Shown: positions 8,768 through 19,064, counted from the first letter of the stretch. The stretch is DNA of 41,774 nucleotides from Bdellovibrionota bacterium (GCA_044356295.1 JBIKWN010000017.1:1-41774), one strand, 5' to 3'. Translations and numbers: made by a program. The notes: generated from the sequence alone by a model not told the origin.

Positions 8768-10410
8768 TGAAGAAACGATACCACGATAAAAATAATGTGT
8801 TACTCGTTAACATTACTCGTCTTGGCGATATGCTTCAGGCAACTCCTACGATTGCTGGTATTAAGATGGAGAATCCAAACTGTAAAATCACTGTGCTTGT
8901 TGAGAAGCAGTTTGAAGAAGTTTGTCATTATCTGCCTAATATTGATGAAGTTGTCGCACTTGATCTTGGGATGACGGTGCGAGCTCTTGCTCGTGAGCAG
9001 GAAGGTATTATTGATGCATTTGATTATGTATCTGAAGTCGTTGAAGACTTACGAAGTCGAAAATTTGATTACTGCCTGAATATGTCATCTTCCGCGTATA
9101 CGGCTTTACTTTTGAAAATGGTTGGCATTGAAAGAAATGGCGGATGGACCTCAGATGAAGAAGGGTACCGAATTATATCATCTGATTGGGCAAGACTTTT
9201 TGCTTCTTCAGTATTTCACCAAAATAGACAGTATAATTCACTTAATCTTGTAGATATTTTTCGTTGTTCTGCAGATGTTGAAAAACATCCTAATCAACTT
9301 CAAATTAGTTTATTACCTGATGCTTTAGGTTATGCAGATAATCTTTTATCAGAAGCAAAGTTTACTAATACTGGCCCTCTTATCGCTGTACAGGCAGGAG
9401 CAAGCCAACAAAAACGTCAATGGCTTCCAAAAAACTTCGTTCAATTCATCGATGTTATGATTAAAGAGCACAATGCTCGTGTCGTCATGGTTGGAACTAA
9501 AAAAGAGATGGATATTATCCAACCGATCTTAGATGGATGTAATTCTCCTAATGTATTTTGCGCTGCTGGAAGAACATCAATACCGCAACTTGCTGCTTTA
9601 ATTTCAAGATGTAAGTTATTGGTGACAGGGGATACTGGTACGATGCATGTATCTGTTGCTGCAGGTACACCAGTAGTGTCAATGTTTCTTGCTTCAGCAT
9701 TCGGATACGAAACAGGTCCATACGGTGAAGGACATATTGTCATACAGCCAAGAATCTCTTGTGCGCCTTGTAATCCGAATAAACCATGTGCTCGACCAGA
9801 TTGTCACGATACGTTTTCGCCAATAACACTTGCGACGATAACTGCAATGCGACTTCAAGGTGATATAATGTCACTTCCAGAAGGGCTAATATCGGAATCT
9901 CAAGCAATTGTTTATAGATCGGCATTTGATGAGTTTGGATTTTGCGATCTCGTTCCATTGAATTCAACAAAAATGAGCACTCTTGAGCCTTACAGAAAAG
10001 CATATAGAAAGCTTTGGCTTGATGAGATTGGGGGATTAATGCTTCCGACTCCGGCACGAAAGAGTTCGTTAAGTATTGCTCAACCAGTCGAAGGCATTGA
10101 AAAAATTGTGTCTGCTGCAGAGGACGGAATTAAATCTATCGATGAGCTTTTACATGCAATTAAAGATTACTCGACACCTGCGAATAAATTTAATGTTATC
10201 AATGATAAACTCTCGGAAATTGACAGGCATGTGGAAGATGTTGGATTTAATTACCCACATCTTGGTCCATTAGCCAGAATGTTCATATTCGCCAAAGAAA
10301 ATCTTTCTGGAACTGATGCGGTCGAGCTTGCATCTCAAATGAGACAAAACTACTCGAGTCTTATCCGGAGAGGTAAGAAGTTTTCTGAGTATCGAGCAGA
10401 GATAGGTTAA
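8764..10410 (+). CDS. GT9 (heptosyltransferase-like) glycosyltransferase with C-terminal helical extension
   Basis: TRLGDMLQATP, QAGASQQKRQW, LVTGDTGTMHVSVAAGTP, CxPC...C...C. Confidence 0.88.
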   Translation: MMKKRYHDKNNVLLVNITRLGDMLQATPTIAGIKMENPNCKITVLVEKQFEEVCHYLPNIDEVVALDLGMTVRALAREQEGIIDAFDYVSEVVEDLRSRKFDYCLNMSSSAYTALLLKMVGIERNGGWTSDEEGYRIISSDWARLFASSVFHQNRQYNSLNLVDIFRCSADVEKHPNQLQISLLPDALGYADNLLSEAKFTNTGPLIAVQAGASQQKRQWLPKNFVQFIDVMIKEHNARVVMVGTKKEMDIIQPILDGCNSPNVFCAAGRTSIPQLAALISRCKLLVTGDTGTMHVSVAAGTPVVSMFLASAFGYETGPYGEGHIVIQPRISCAPCNPNKPCARPDCHDTFSPITLATITAMRLQGDIMSLPEGLISESQAIVYRSAFDEFGFCDLVPLNSTKMSTLEPYRKAYRKLWLDEIGGLMLPTPARKSSLSIAQPVEGIEKIVSAAEDGIKSIDELLHAIKDYSTPANKFNVINDKLSEIDRHVEDVGFNYPHLGPLARMFIFAKENLSGTDAVELASQMRQNYSSLIRRGKKFSEYRAEIG

Positions 10411-10427
10411 TTGAGGAATGACAAGAT

Positions 10428-11021
10428 ATGGCACAAGTTCGTATTAACGGTGAAGAGTCAAGGTATGGCGAGAACGGATCAGTAAAAGTAGTTGATCTTG
10501 TTGAGCTCATTAAAACGCAGATTGATCCAGAACATATCATTACTGATATATTTCTTAATGGTCAGGAATTATCTGAGAACGATTGGACAGCATCAGTTCA
10601 AAATTTTGGTCAAACTGCTGTGATTGAAGTCTCAACAGGTGAGCCTCAAGCGTATGTCTCTGAAAAGCTTTCAAAATCTGCTGATATCGTTCGTGCTTGT
10701 TTTATTGATTTTAGAGATGCAAGGAAGTTTTTCCAAGCTGGTGATTCAACAAATGGTAATAAAAAAATTGGTGTTGCTGCGAATACACTGAAAGCATTTT
10801 TTGAGTGGTATCAAACAATGCTTGAATTAATGCCTGAGACCAGACGTGAACGTTTCAACCTCACTGAACAAATTAAAGATATCTCTGAATGTTTTAAGAA
10901 AGCTTGCCAACATCAGCTGTACCAATCATGGTGGGCACTTGGAGAGACAATTCAGCAAGAATTAGAGCCTAAGCTTGATAAGCTTGAAGACTTTTGCCGT
11001 GGTATCACGAGCGAAATGTAA
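10428..11021 (+). CDS. Hypothetical protein (beta-rich N-terminus, helical C-terminus) in glycosylation locus
   Basis: 197-aa ORF with GAGGA SD, co-oriented with the operon. Confidence 0.75.
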   Translation: MAQVRINGEESRYGENGSVKVVDLVELIKTQIDPEHIITDIFLNGQELSENDWTASVQNFGQTAVIEVSTGEPQAYVSEKLSKSADIVRACFIDFRDARKFFQAGDSTNGNKKIGVAANTLKAFFEWYQTMLELMPETRRERFNLTEQIKDISECFKKACQHQLYQSWWALGETIQQELEPKLDKLEDFCRGITSEM

Positions 11022-11034
11022 GAAAGGGTGATCA

Positions 11035-11200
11035 AACGTCAGGCGGGAACCTGAAAAAAAACGTCTGAAAAAACGATAAACCTAAAAATGTTGGCGGATT
11101 AAAAACAAAAGCATACTCTTGTTTGGAATCCGCCACCTAAAATAAAACCAAAAATAAAACCTAGATTAACCTAATCGTCCTAACGTTCAATCTATCCTTA
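11035..11200 (-). ncRNA. Candidate sigma28-dependent small RNA
   Basis: Downstream of a sigma28-like promoter; three hairpins separated by U-rich linkers; recurrent (U)AGG motif; no SD-led ORF. Confidence 0.4.
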
Positions 11201-11205
11201 AGATG

Positions 11206-11234
11206 ATCGTCGGAATCGTAAAGTTTCTTCTTTA
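11206..11234 (-). promoter_or_regulatory. Sigma28-type promoter with no downstream annotated gene
   Basis: Minus strand TAAAG-N16-CCGACGAT; -10 identical to that of the flp promoter. Confidence 0.65.
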
Positions 11235-11342
11235 GCTTTACTGCCCAAATTCTGTCGAATTATGGGGTCAGGTGTTTGACACAATAATATTACAATTTAA
11301 AATATGCAGTTATTTCAATAAGTTAAGTTATATTTGTCTGAT

Positions 11343-11357
11343 TGGCATGAAAATGGC
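11343..11357 (+). promoter_or_regulatory. Sigma54-type (-24/-12) promoter upstream of large glycosyltransferase
   Basis: TGGCATGAAAATGGC (GG-N10-GC); IHF-like TTTCAATAAGTTA just upstream. Confidence 0.5.
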
Positions 11358-11424
11358 TCACATCCTTTTGGAATAAAAAAGCGTCAAAAAGACTGTGGTT
11401 TAAAAGGATTTTATTAGCTACTCA

Positions 11425-14400
11425 ATGAAGAGTAAAAGTACACATCTCATTTTTCATAAAGATCATCCGCTTAGTGCGCGAGGGGTCAACTCTGGAGCAG
11501 AGAATGCAACGCTATGGCTAGCACGTACCTTAGCTTCGAGAGGAGATCAAGTTTTTATAGCAGGTCATATTACTGAAGGTGATTGCACCGATCAGAATGT
11601 AGAGTTCTGGGATATTGGTGATACCTATAACATCGAAACAGCATTCGCTCGAATCAAAGATGTAGCAACGCCCTACCATCTTACATCTGCTTGTAGAGCT
11701 TTGCCTCTTGTAATTGCAAAGAATGACCCTGATTGTTTATCAAGAAATTTTATTGCTCATGATCCATCGGGTACTGCTACAGGAGTCAATGCAAAAGTTT
11801 TAAGTAACGTATGTGATAATATTATTTGTGTCTCACATGCCCAGAAAAAATTATTTATTGATGCTGGAGTAGATACTCAAAAAATTACTGTTATACCAAA
11901 TGGTGCAGATTTAAGCCTATTCAAAGCTGGCTCGGTCAATTCAAGAAAGCTTGATCGATTTGTATTTGTTGGTGCACTCGTTGCTCACAAAGGAATTGAT
12001 ATTCTCTTGCAATCTTTCGCAAACATTACGGCTTCTTATCCAAATGCAGAATTGCATGTTTATGGCAGTGCTGCATTATGGGGACAAGAGCCGTTCTTTG
12101 ACCAAGACAAAATTGCTAAGCAGTGCTCATCCATTAAATTTTTTGGCGCTGTATCACAACAAGAAATATCAAAAGCGTTCCAAGAAGCTGGGGCATGTAT
12201 TATTCCATCTCGTTGGTTTGATAGTTTTCCTCTCACAGCCGTTGAAGCTCTTGTTACAGGATGTCCTGTTATAGCTTTCAATGTCGGTGGAATCAGTGAA
12301 GCAGTAACTCATGAAAAAACAGGGCTATTGATTCCGAATCCTGATGAAGCTGCTTTAACATATACACTTGAACAAGTCTTAAGAAATCCAGAACGATTAA
12401 AAGAGTTTTCACAAAATGCATTGCACAGCTCGCGAAATGTATTTTCATGGGATTCATTTGTAGAAAAGTTTAATGAATGTACTAATCGTTCTTTGATGAA
12501 GCGTGGTGTGACCACAGGGAAAGTAGGTTTTATTACAACCTGGAATCAAGAATGTGGGCTCGCAACCTATGCTCAGTTCTTGACCGGAGCACTACCAGAG
12601 GGAAGTTTTCATATCTTTGGTGAGTTTGCAGATGCGTACACTGATGAAGATCAAGAGTTTGTAAGCCGTTGTTGGCATAGAACAAGTGATGATTATACAA
12701 ATTTAAGAGAAGCCGTATTTAGTTCGGGTGTTCAAATACTTCATTTGAATTGTCATGCTCGTTTTTTCAAGTATCCAGCTTTTAATCAGTTTATTGATGA
12801 GTGTCATGCTCGCAGTATTAAGGTTGTTGTATCAATTCATACTATTTTTACAACTGATGAAAAGACACAAGCGTTATTTTCAGCAGTTGATAAAATATTT
12901 GTTCATTGTGATGAAAATATTCCTGAAGCACTTTCCAATGGAGCAACTCTTGAAAAGATTGAGGTTATACCTCACGGTATTCAGGTTCGTGAACAAGTAA
13001 GTTATGAGGTAAAAGAAAAAGTTCGAAAAGAATTCAATATTAAAGAAGACGAAAAACTGTTGGTATGTTTTGGTTTTGTACAGCCACATAAAGGACTTGA
13101 TGCTTTACTTGAAACAGTGACTGAGCTTCGAAGAAAAGGTGACAAAGTAGTTGGTGCTATTTGCGGGATACCTAATTCGTTAGATACTCAAGCACAAGAT
13201 TTCTATCTTCTTCTCAAGCAAATAGTCAAAGATCTTCACATAGAAGAATATATTCGTTTTACAGATAGATTTCTCTCTGAACAAGAAGTCACAGAGATTC
13301 TTGGAACTGCTGATATTGTTCTCATGAACTATCGATCTCATCATTATGAAGCATCAGGGGCATGTTCTGTTGCAGTTGGGTGTGGAGCCGCGGTTGTTAC
13401 ATCAATTTTCCCACCATTCCAAGCATTTAAAGATGCTGTCTTTCACGCAACAACTGGTTATCCGGTGATGAAAGCCGTAGAGGTGCTTCTTGAGCAACCA
13501 AATCTTTTAGAAGAGCTCAGAGCCCGTGCACGATCGTATGCAAAACAATTTAGTTGGAAAAATACTGTTAATGTCATTCAAAGGAAGTATAGAACATTGG
13601 GATTACAGATAGAAGGAACTCGAAAAGATTTAAAGGAAAATAATATGGCAAGTAGTGATCAACAGACAAAACTGAAAGTGCTTCTGTGTAATAGACCGAG
13701 TACTTTTACTCAACGTGGCGGTGATACAGTTGTCATAGAAAAATTAATGGCAGAGATTTCAAAATATCCCGTAGATATTACGTTAAATCTTGAAGGGACT
13801 ATAAGTCCTGTAGGTTTTGATATTGTACATATATTTAATTTTGCTCTTCCTGATATGGTTGAGTACTACGCACGTCAAGCGAAACAAGCTGGCGTTCCAT
13901 ATGTGGTAACAACGCTCCTTGAAGATGTCCCTAATTTTCATTTTCAATCCCACTTTGTGGCTTCGGCGCTTCAAGAATATCAACGTGTTGGGCAGAATAA
14001 GGTATGGTGGAATCAAAACAGACCAGACTATAGATCTGTAGAAAAGGCTCCTGCATTTCAAAATACTTATGCAGCTCAACATGCTACTGCACTGTATCCA
14101 AATGGTGCAACGGAAGCTCATACATTACAAAAAACATATGGTGTATCTTCAAATATTAAAGAGATAAAACTCGGATATGAGCTTGGCCTTGAAGGTGATG
14201 CAGAACGATTTTTCAAAAAATATGGTGTAAAACATTTCGCACTTTGTGTAGGAAGAATTGAAAGTAGAAAAAACCAATTGATGCTCTTAAAAGCTCTTGA
14301 AGATGAAGATATCACTGTCGTTCTTGCTGGTGGTGGATTTACCTATCAACCAGAGTATGCAAAATCTGTTGAGCAATTCAAACGAAAAGGAAAAACAGTA

Positions 14401-16188
14401 ATCCTTTCAAAATTATCTGATCAAGATCTTGCTGATGCATATGCCGCTGCAAAAGTTCATGTACTTCCAAGCTGGTATGAATTGCCGGGACTCGTCTCGC
14501 TAGAGGCTGCATATTACGGGTGTAATATTGTTGCTACTCGACAAGGCACAGCATATGACTATTTAGGAGAGTTTGCGTTCTATTGTGATCCAGGTGATGA
14601 AGATTCAATTCGAAGTGCAGTAATTGCTGCATACTATGCACCGGTAAATCCAAATTTAAAGGAGAAAGTTATGACCTACTCATGGAAAGAGATGGCTGAA
14701 AAAACATTTGCGAGTTACAAAGAGGCAAGCGGGTGGAAACAACCAGTCACTGCGTCTGTACAAACACAGACCCCAACAGTACAAGCTGTTCCGGTTGAAC
14801 AACCAGTTGTCACAACAACTGTCACGGCAACAGGAATGGGTTCTGCTGATCCCGTTAAGTATCAAGAACTTCTTGAGAAAGGTGAGTTACTTGCTCGTGA
14901 ACACAAATTTGAATCAGCGATTGAAGCTTTTGATGAAGCTGAACATTATTCAAACGGTGATGGTCAATTGTATAGAGCAAAAGGTGCCACACTTCTTGCT
15001 GCTCAACGTACAGCAGATGCAAAAACGTACTTTCAGAAAGCAGTTCTAGCTAATCCTACTGATGCAAAGGCATTTTGTGGACTTGGGATGAGTCAAGGAA
15101 TACTCGGTGATACTGAAGCTTCCTATGATTCATTAGTAAAATCGCTTTGTTTAAAACCAGATCATGCTGTAGCAATTTTACAATTAATGCATGTTGCATA
15201 TGCACTGAATCGCTTTTCTGATTTGGAGAATGCGCTGAGACTATATACACAAGAACATAAAGATGATCTCGAAATGCAATTTTGCTTAGCTGGTTGCTTG
15301 TATAAACTTGATAAGATGGAAGAAGCGCTTGCGATTAATGACATGGTTCTGAAGAAGGATCCGGGACATCGTGGAGCATTTGAGCTTTCAGCAATTCTAC
15401 AACAGAGCAAAACTTCGAGTCCCTCGCTCACTAAAAAAGTGGAAGTAGAAAGAGCGACTCAGTCTCGATCAGATTTATCAAGTATCGATGGAACTTTTAC
15501 GGAAGTCGATCAAGAAATCATTATGATTGAAGAATGCAAAAGGAAGGGTAAATATAGTGAAGCATTCAGTCGAATTGCAGCTCTTTCAACAAATCAATCT
15601 TTAAGTGAAATCCAAAAAGAAACGATTATTTGTCAGAAAGCAGAAAGTCTTGTTCTTACCGATCAATACAAGCAAGCTGAGGAAAACTACAATGTAGTTT
15701 TAAGCAAAAATCCTGATAGTTCACGTGCTTTATGTGGACAAGGTGCCCTTGCAGCAGCAAAAGGTAATTGGATTGACGCTGAAAAACTATTTAGTGAAGC
15801 ATTGATGAAACGTCCTGAGTATGATGTTGCTCTTTCTGGTCTGGGGCTTAGTGCAGCACAAAGAAAACAAAGTAATGAAGCATGGAGTTTTTATAGAAGA
15901 GCTTTAAAAAGTAATCCAGAGAATGTGAGAGCGCTACTCGGTACAATTGAAATGGGTTACGCGTTGCAACGATTACCAGAGGTAGAAGAAGTCATCTCTG
16001 AATACCTTGAGCTTCATCCGGCCGATATAGATTTTATGTATTCACTTGCAGGTTGTTATTTTGCCCAGGGGAAAGTAGCAGAGGCAGCTGAAGCGATTAA
16101 TACAATTACATTGTTTGAACCTCAGCACCAAAATGCACTTGAGTTACGAGCAATGATTGAGAAGCAAGGTGAAAGTATTACTGCTTAA
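11425..16188 (+). CDS. Giant glycosyltransferase: three tandem GT4 (GT-B) modules, T/Q/V-rich linker and TPR arrays
   Basis: PSRWFDSFPLTAVEA; FGFVQPHKG...EASGA; VGRIESRKNQ...PSWYELPGLVSLEA; C-terminal TPR repeats. Confidence 0.88.
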   Translation: MKSKSTHLIFHKDHPLSARGVNSGAENATLWLARTLASRGDQVFIAGHITEGDCTDQNVEFWDIGDTYNIETAFARIKDVATPYHLTSACRALPLVIAKNDPDCLSRNFIAHDPSGTATGVNAKVLSNVCDNIICVSHAQKKLFIDAGVDTQKITVIPNGADLSLFKAGSVNSRKLDRFVFVGALVAHKGIDILLQSFANITASYPNAELHVYGSAALWGQEPFFDQDKIAKQCSSIKFFGAVSQQEISKAFQEAGACIIPSRWFDSFPLTAVEALVTGCPVIAFNVGGISEAVTHEKTGLLIPNPDEAALTYTLEQVLRNPERLKEFSQNALHSSRNVFSWDSFVEKFNECTNRSLMKRGVTTGKVGFITTWNQECGLATYAQFLTGALPEGSFHIFGEFADAYTDEDQEFVSRCWHRTSDDYTNLREAVFSSGVQILHLNCHARFFKYPAFNQFIDECHARSIKVVVSIHTIFTTDEKTQALFSAVDKIFVHCDENIPEALSNGATLEKIEVIPHGIQVREQVSYEVKEKVRKEFNIKEDEKLLVCFGFVQPHKGLDALLETVTELRRKGDKVVGAICGIPNSLDTQAQDFYLLLKQIVKDLHIEEYIRFTDRFLSEQEVTEILGTADIVLMNYRSHHYEASGACSVAVGCGAAVVTSIFPPFQAFKDAVFHATTGYPVMKAVEVLLEQPNLLEELRARARSYAKQFSWKNTVNVIQRKYRTLGLQIEGTRKDLKENNMASSDQQTKLKVLLCNRPSTFTQRGGDTVVIEKLMAEISKYPVDITLNLEGTISPVGFDIVHIFNFALPDMVEYYARQAKQAGVPYVVTTLLEDVPNFHFQSHFVASALQEYQRVGQNKVWWNQNRPDYRSVEKAPAFQNTYAAQHATALYPNGATEAHTLQKTYGVSSNIKEIKLGYELGLEGDAERFFKKYGVKHFALCVGRIESRKNQLMLLKALEDEDITVVLAGGGFTYQPEYAKSVEQFKRKGKTVILSKLSDQDLADAYAAAKVHVLPSWYELPGLVSLEAAYYGCNIVATRQGTAYDYLGEFAFYCDPGDEDSIRSAVIAAYYAPVNPNLKEKVMTYSWKEMAEKTFASYKEASGWKQPVTASVQTQTPTVQAVPVEQPVVTTTVTATGMGSADPVKYQELLEKGELLAREHKFESAIEAFDEAEHYSNGDGQLYRAKGATLLAAQRTADAKTYFQKAVLANPTDAKAFCGLGMSQGILGDTEASYDSLVKSLCLKPDHAVAILQLMHVAYALNRFSDLENALRLYTQEHKDDLEMQFCLAGCLYKLDKMEEALAINDMVLKKDPGHRGAFELSAILQQSKTSSPSLTKKVEVERATQSRSDLSSIDGTFTEVDQEIIMIEECKRKGKYSEAFSRIAALSTNQSLSEIQKETIICQKAESLVLTDQYKQAEENYNVVLSKNPDSSRALCGQGALAAAKGNWIDAEKLFSEALMKRPEYDVALSGLGLSAAQRKQSNEAWSFYRRALKSNPENVRALLGTIEMGYALQRLPEVEEVISEYLELHPADIDFMYSLAGCYFAQGKVAEAAEAINTITLFEPQHQNALELRAMIEKQGESITA

Positions 16189-17452
16189 TCAAGATTGGTT
16201 TGCTGACGAACTTCGGTCGCTTGGCTTTGAAGTTAAAACAGCAGGTTTCGCGTTTGCGAATCATCTGGAACACACGGTGTCCCTGCCAATGTTGCATATC
16301 GATCGTCTGATTCAAACAATTCCAGGGGACTTTGTTCCCGATTGTATTGTTTCTTTTGATAATAGTGCGCCTATCACTTTTTCAGGATTAGAAGAGATAA
16401 ATATCCCAACTATTTTTTATGGAGTTGATGCGCAACACCATTTTGCCTTACACCGATACTTAAATGAAGTATTTGATTATGCTTTTACTGCTCAGAAAGA
16501 TTTCATTCCTTTTTATCACGAATGGGAGCAACAAGTTGAGTGGATGCCACTTTGGGCATCGAGGTACATCGAACCAAATTATGATAATAAAGAATACGGC
16601 GCAGTTTTTATTGGAACCTTAAACAAAGAATTGAACCCTGAGAGGGTAACTTTCTTTGAAGCGTTAGGTGAAAAAGCTTCTGTACTTTGTACGACTGGTG
16701 GATTTTGGGAGTTCTTTCCTAAAAGTGAAATTGTTATTAACCAAACAGTCAAACTTGATCTTAATTTTAGAGTTTTTGAAGCCATGATGAGTGGCTCACT
16801 TTTATTAACCGAATATTCACAAAATGGTCTTTTAGAATTATTTGAAGAAGGTAAACATTTAGTTACCTATCAAAAAAATAATGTTGAGCAAGCCGCAGAG
16901 CTTATCGCCTATTATACATCACACCCTGAAGAAGCAAGGAAAATCGGTGGTGCTGGACGGGAATTAATTCTTGAAAAGCATACACCTATGGCTCGTGCAA
17001 TGCGACTAGCAGAAGTTATTAGAACTGTGAAAAAAAAGAATTCAAAACGAAAATTTCAAGCAATGGCTATTAATCATTTATGTCTTGGCAGAACTTCTAA
17101 AACCCAAGATCCAGGTGTTAAACTATTAGCAGTTACAGCAGCATTAAAATCATTTGAATATAGTGTAGAATATCATGAACCATGTGATGAAGCTGTAGCT
17201 GCACATTTAACAATTGCTGCTAATGATTATGATAGAATGACGGGTGGACGAAAGGGATATCAACTTTTGAAAAGATTTTGTGAGAAGTATCCTGAACAAA
17301 AACTATTAAATATCGCAACGCTTAGAGCTGCATTAAATTTTGGTGATAGAGAATACGCAAATACAATAAAAGATTATCTTGGCATTGAGGACTTATCAGT
17401 TGCCTATAGTGAGTCAGATAGGATTGTAAGAACTCTACTTGAACAGCTTTAA
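16169..17452 (+). CDS. CgeB-type glycosyltransferase
   Basis: FYGVDAQHH, FTAQKD, SEIVINQTVKLDLNFRVFEAM, KHT..AR; GTG at 16169 preferred over TTG 16157. Confidence 0.82.
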   Translation: MKVLLLNQDWFADELRSLGFEVKTAGFAFANHLEHTVSLPMLHIDRLIQTIPGDFVPDCIVSFDNSAPITFSGLEEINIPTIFYGVDAQHHFALHRYLNEVFDYAFTAQKDFIPFYHEWEQQVEWMPLWASRYIEPNYDNKEYGAVFIGTLNKELNPERVTFFEALGEKASVLCTTGGFWEFFPKSEIVINQTVKLDLNFRVFEAMMSGSLLLTEYSQNGLLELFEEGKHLVTYQKNNVEQAAELIAYYTSHPEEARKIGGAGRELILEKHTPMARAMRLAEVIRTVKKKNSKRKFQAMAINHLCLGRTSKTQDPGVKLLAVTAALKSFEYSVEYHEPCDEAVAAHLTIAANDYDRMTGGRKGYQLLKRFCEKYPEQKLLNIATLRAALNFGDREYANTIKDYLGIEDLSVAYSESDRIVRTLLEQL

Positions 17453-17853
17453 CTAATTGCTTCTATCCAACCTTTGAGGCTGTAGTAAGAGGTTACTCTA
17501 GAGATTTTGGACGCGTTAACTTCAAAAAAAGCAGCAGCCTGTATTTTATATGTTTGACCAGTTGCTGGAGGTAGAGAACCATCTGTTTTTAGGTAAGTAC
17601 CATGACACATAAACTCAATTGCGGCACGATTACCATTTATTAGATAGCAAACATCTTTTAGTTGTTCGCTGTAGCAACTATCCATATGAACTTTAAAAGC
17701 CCGAAATTTTTCTTTGCCTATTTCTTGTGCACCTTCATTGATATCATGAATGACAGAATCATCTAATAGGTTTATCAAGCCGTCCCTATTGTGTGCATTA
17801 AACATTTCAACATATGAATGTATAAGTTTTTCTGTGATTTGAGATTGATCCAT
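17449..17853 (-). CDS. SnoaL/NTF2-like ketosteroid isomerase-related protein
   Basis: Y...FN...VIHDINEG...G.Y.KTD..LPPATGQ.Y....AAFFEV....ISRVTSYY. Confidence 0.85.
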   Translation of the reverse strand: MDQSQITEKLIHSYVEMFNAHNRDGLINLLDDSVIHDINEGAQEIGKEKFRAFKVHMDSCYSEQLKDVCYLINGNRAAIEFMCHGTYLKTDGSLPPATGQTYKIQAAAFFEVNASKISRVTSYYSLKGWIEAIS

Positions 17854-19064
17854 TATAAGTATTCCTTTTCTTGCGCAAATAACTCTTTTGTCTCTTCTCT
17901 TCGTCTTATCACTCTCTTTGATCCATCTGCATCTATCAAAACCTCAGCTGCACGTGGACGGGTATTATAATTTGATGACATAGAGAAGCCATATGCACCG
18001 GCGTCTTTGATAATCACAAAGTCACCAGCATTTGTTTCGGGAAGCTTTTCGTTTATAGAAAAAATACAACCTGATTCGCAGACTGGACCTCCTATATCAT
18101 ATGTATGTGTTAAAGGTGCTTGCTCTTTACCGAGTAGTTCAATTTTATGATGAGCTTGGTACAGAGATGGCCTCATCAGATCATTCATACCAGCATCAAG
18201 AATCAGAAATTCTTTACCGCCATTTTTTTTCTTATAGAGCACTTTAGAGATAATAGAACCTGACTCAGCAATTAAGAATTTACCAGGTTCAATAACAAGT
18301 TCATAATCAGAACCGTTTAAAAGCTCCTGAATCATGAAGCCGTATGCTTTGATATCGATCGGAGAATACTGATTAGAAAAACTTATTCCAAGACCACCGC
18401 CAAGATCGATTGTTTTAATCGGTGCTCCAAGACGACGAAGTTCATTTGCAAGTGAAAGCAATTGCATGAGTGTCTCTTTGTATGGAGCAATATCGGAAAC
18501 TTGTGATCCTATGTGAGCGTCGATTCCTATGAGTGACAGATATTGTGAAGTCTTAATATGATTATAAAGAGCAATAATTTCAGTAGCAGGAATCCCAAAT
18601 TTTGATTCATCAATACCCGTAGCAAGGTACGGATGAGTATCAACACTGATATTTGGATTGACTCTAAAAGAAACCGGAGCAGTGAGCGACATTTCTTTAG
18701 CGATAGCTTCGATTGCGAATAATTCTTCAGAAGACTCAACGTTAAAAAATTTAATCCCACTTGCTAGTCCCAAGCGAATCTCATCATTGGTTTTGCCAAC
18801 TCCTGCGAATACGACTTTTGACATGTCAGCCCCTGCTGCAATAACTCTATGAAGTTCACCACCTGAAACAATGTCAAATCCTGAACCGAGCAGCGAGAAT
18901 TTTTTTAGAATGGAAAGATTAGAATTTGCCTTTACTGCAAAACAGATGAGGTGCGGAATATTTTTGAGTGCTGATTGAAGTTGTTGAAATTGGTGAGTAA
19001 AAATTGATTCTTGATACAGATAGAGTGGAGTACGAAATTCTTCAATTTCTTTTTTGGAAAGCAT
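17853..19064 (-). CDS. lysA: Diaminopimelate decarboxylase
   Basis: FAVKANSN, DIVSGGEL, HIGSQ, DLGGGLG, EPGK, GPVCESG, GAYGFSMSSNYNTRPR. Confidence 0.95.
   Translation of the reverse strand: MLSKKEIEEFRTPLYLYQESIFTHQFQQLQSALKNIPHLICFAVKANSNLSILKKFSLLGSGFDIVSGGELHRVIAAGADMSKVVFAGVGKTNDEIRLGLASGIKFFNVESSEELFAIEAIAKEMSLTAPVSFRVNPNISVDTHPYLATGIDESKFGIPATEIIALYNHIKTSQYLSLIGIDAHIGSQVSDIAPYKETLMQLLSLANELRRLGAPIKTIDLGGGLGISFSNQYSPIDIKAYGFMIQELLNGSDYELVIEPGKFLIAESGSIISKVLYKKKNGGKEFLILDAGMNDLMRPSLYQAHHKIELLGKEQAPLTHTYDIGGPVCESGCIFSINEKLPETNAGDFVIIKDAGAYGFSMSSNYNTRPRAAEVLIDADGSKRVIRRREETKELFAQEKEYL

Noticed and set aside
11022..11424. c-di-GMP riboswitch or CsrB-type RNA as the identity of the intergenic RNA
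   Set aside because: No GEMM consensus elements are visible, and there are too few ANGGA loop motifs for a CsrB/RsmZ-like sponge.
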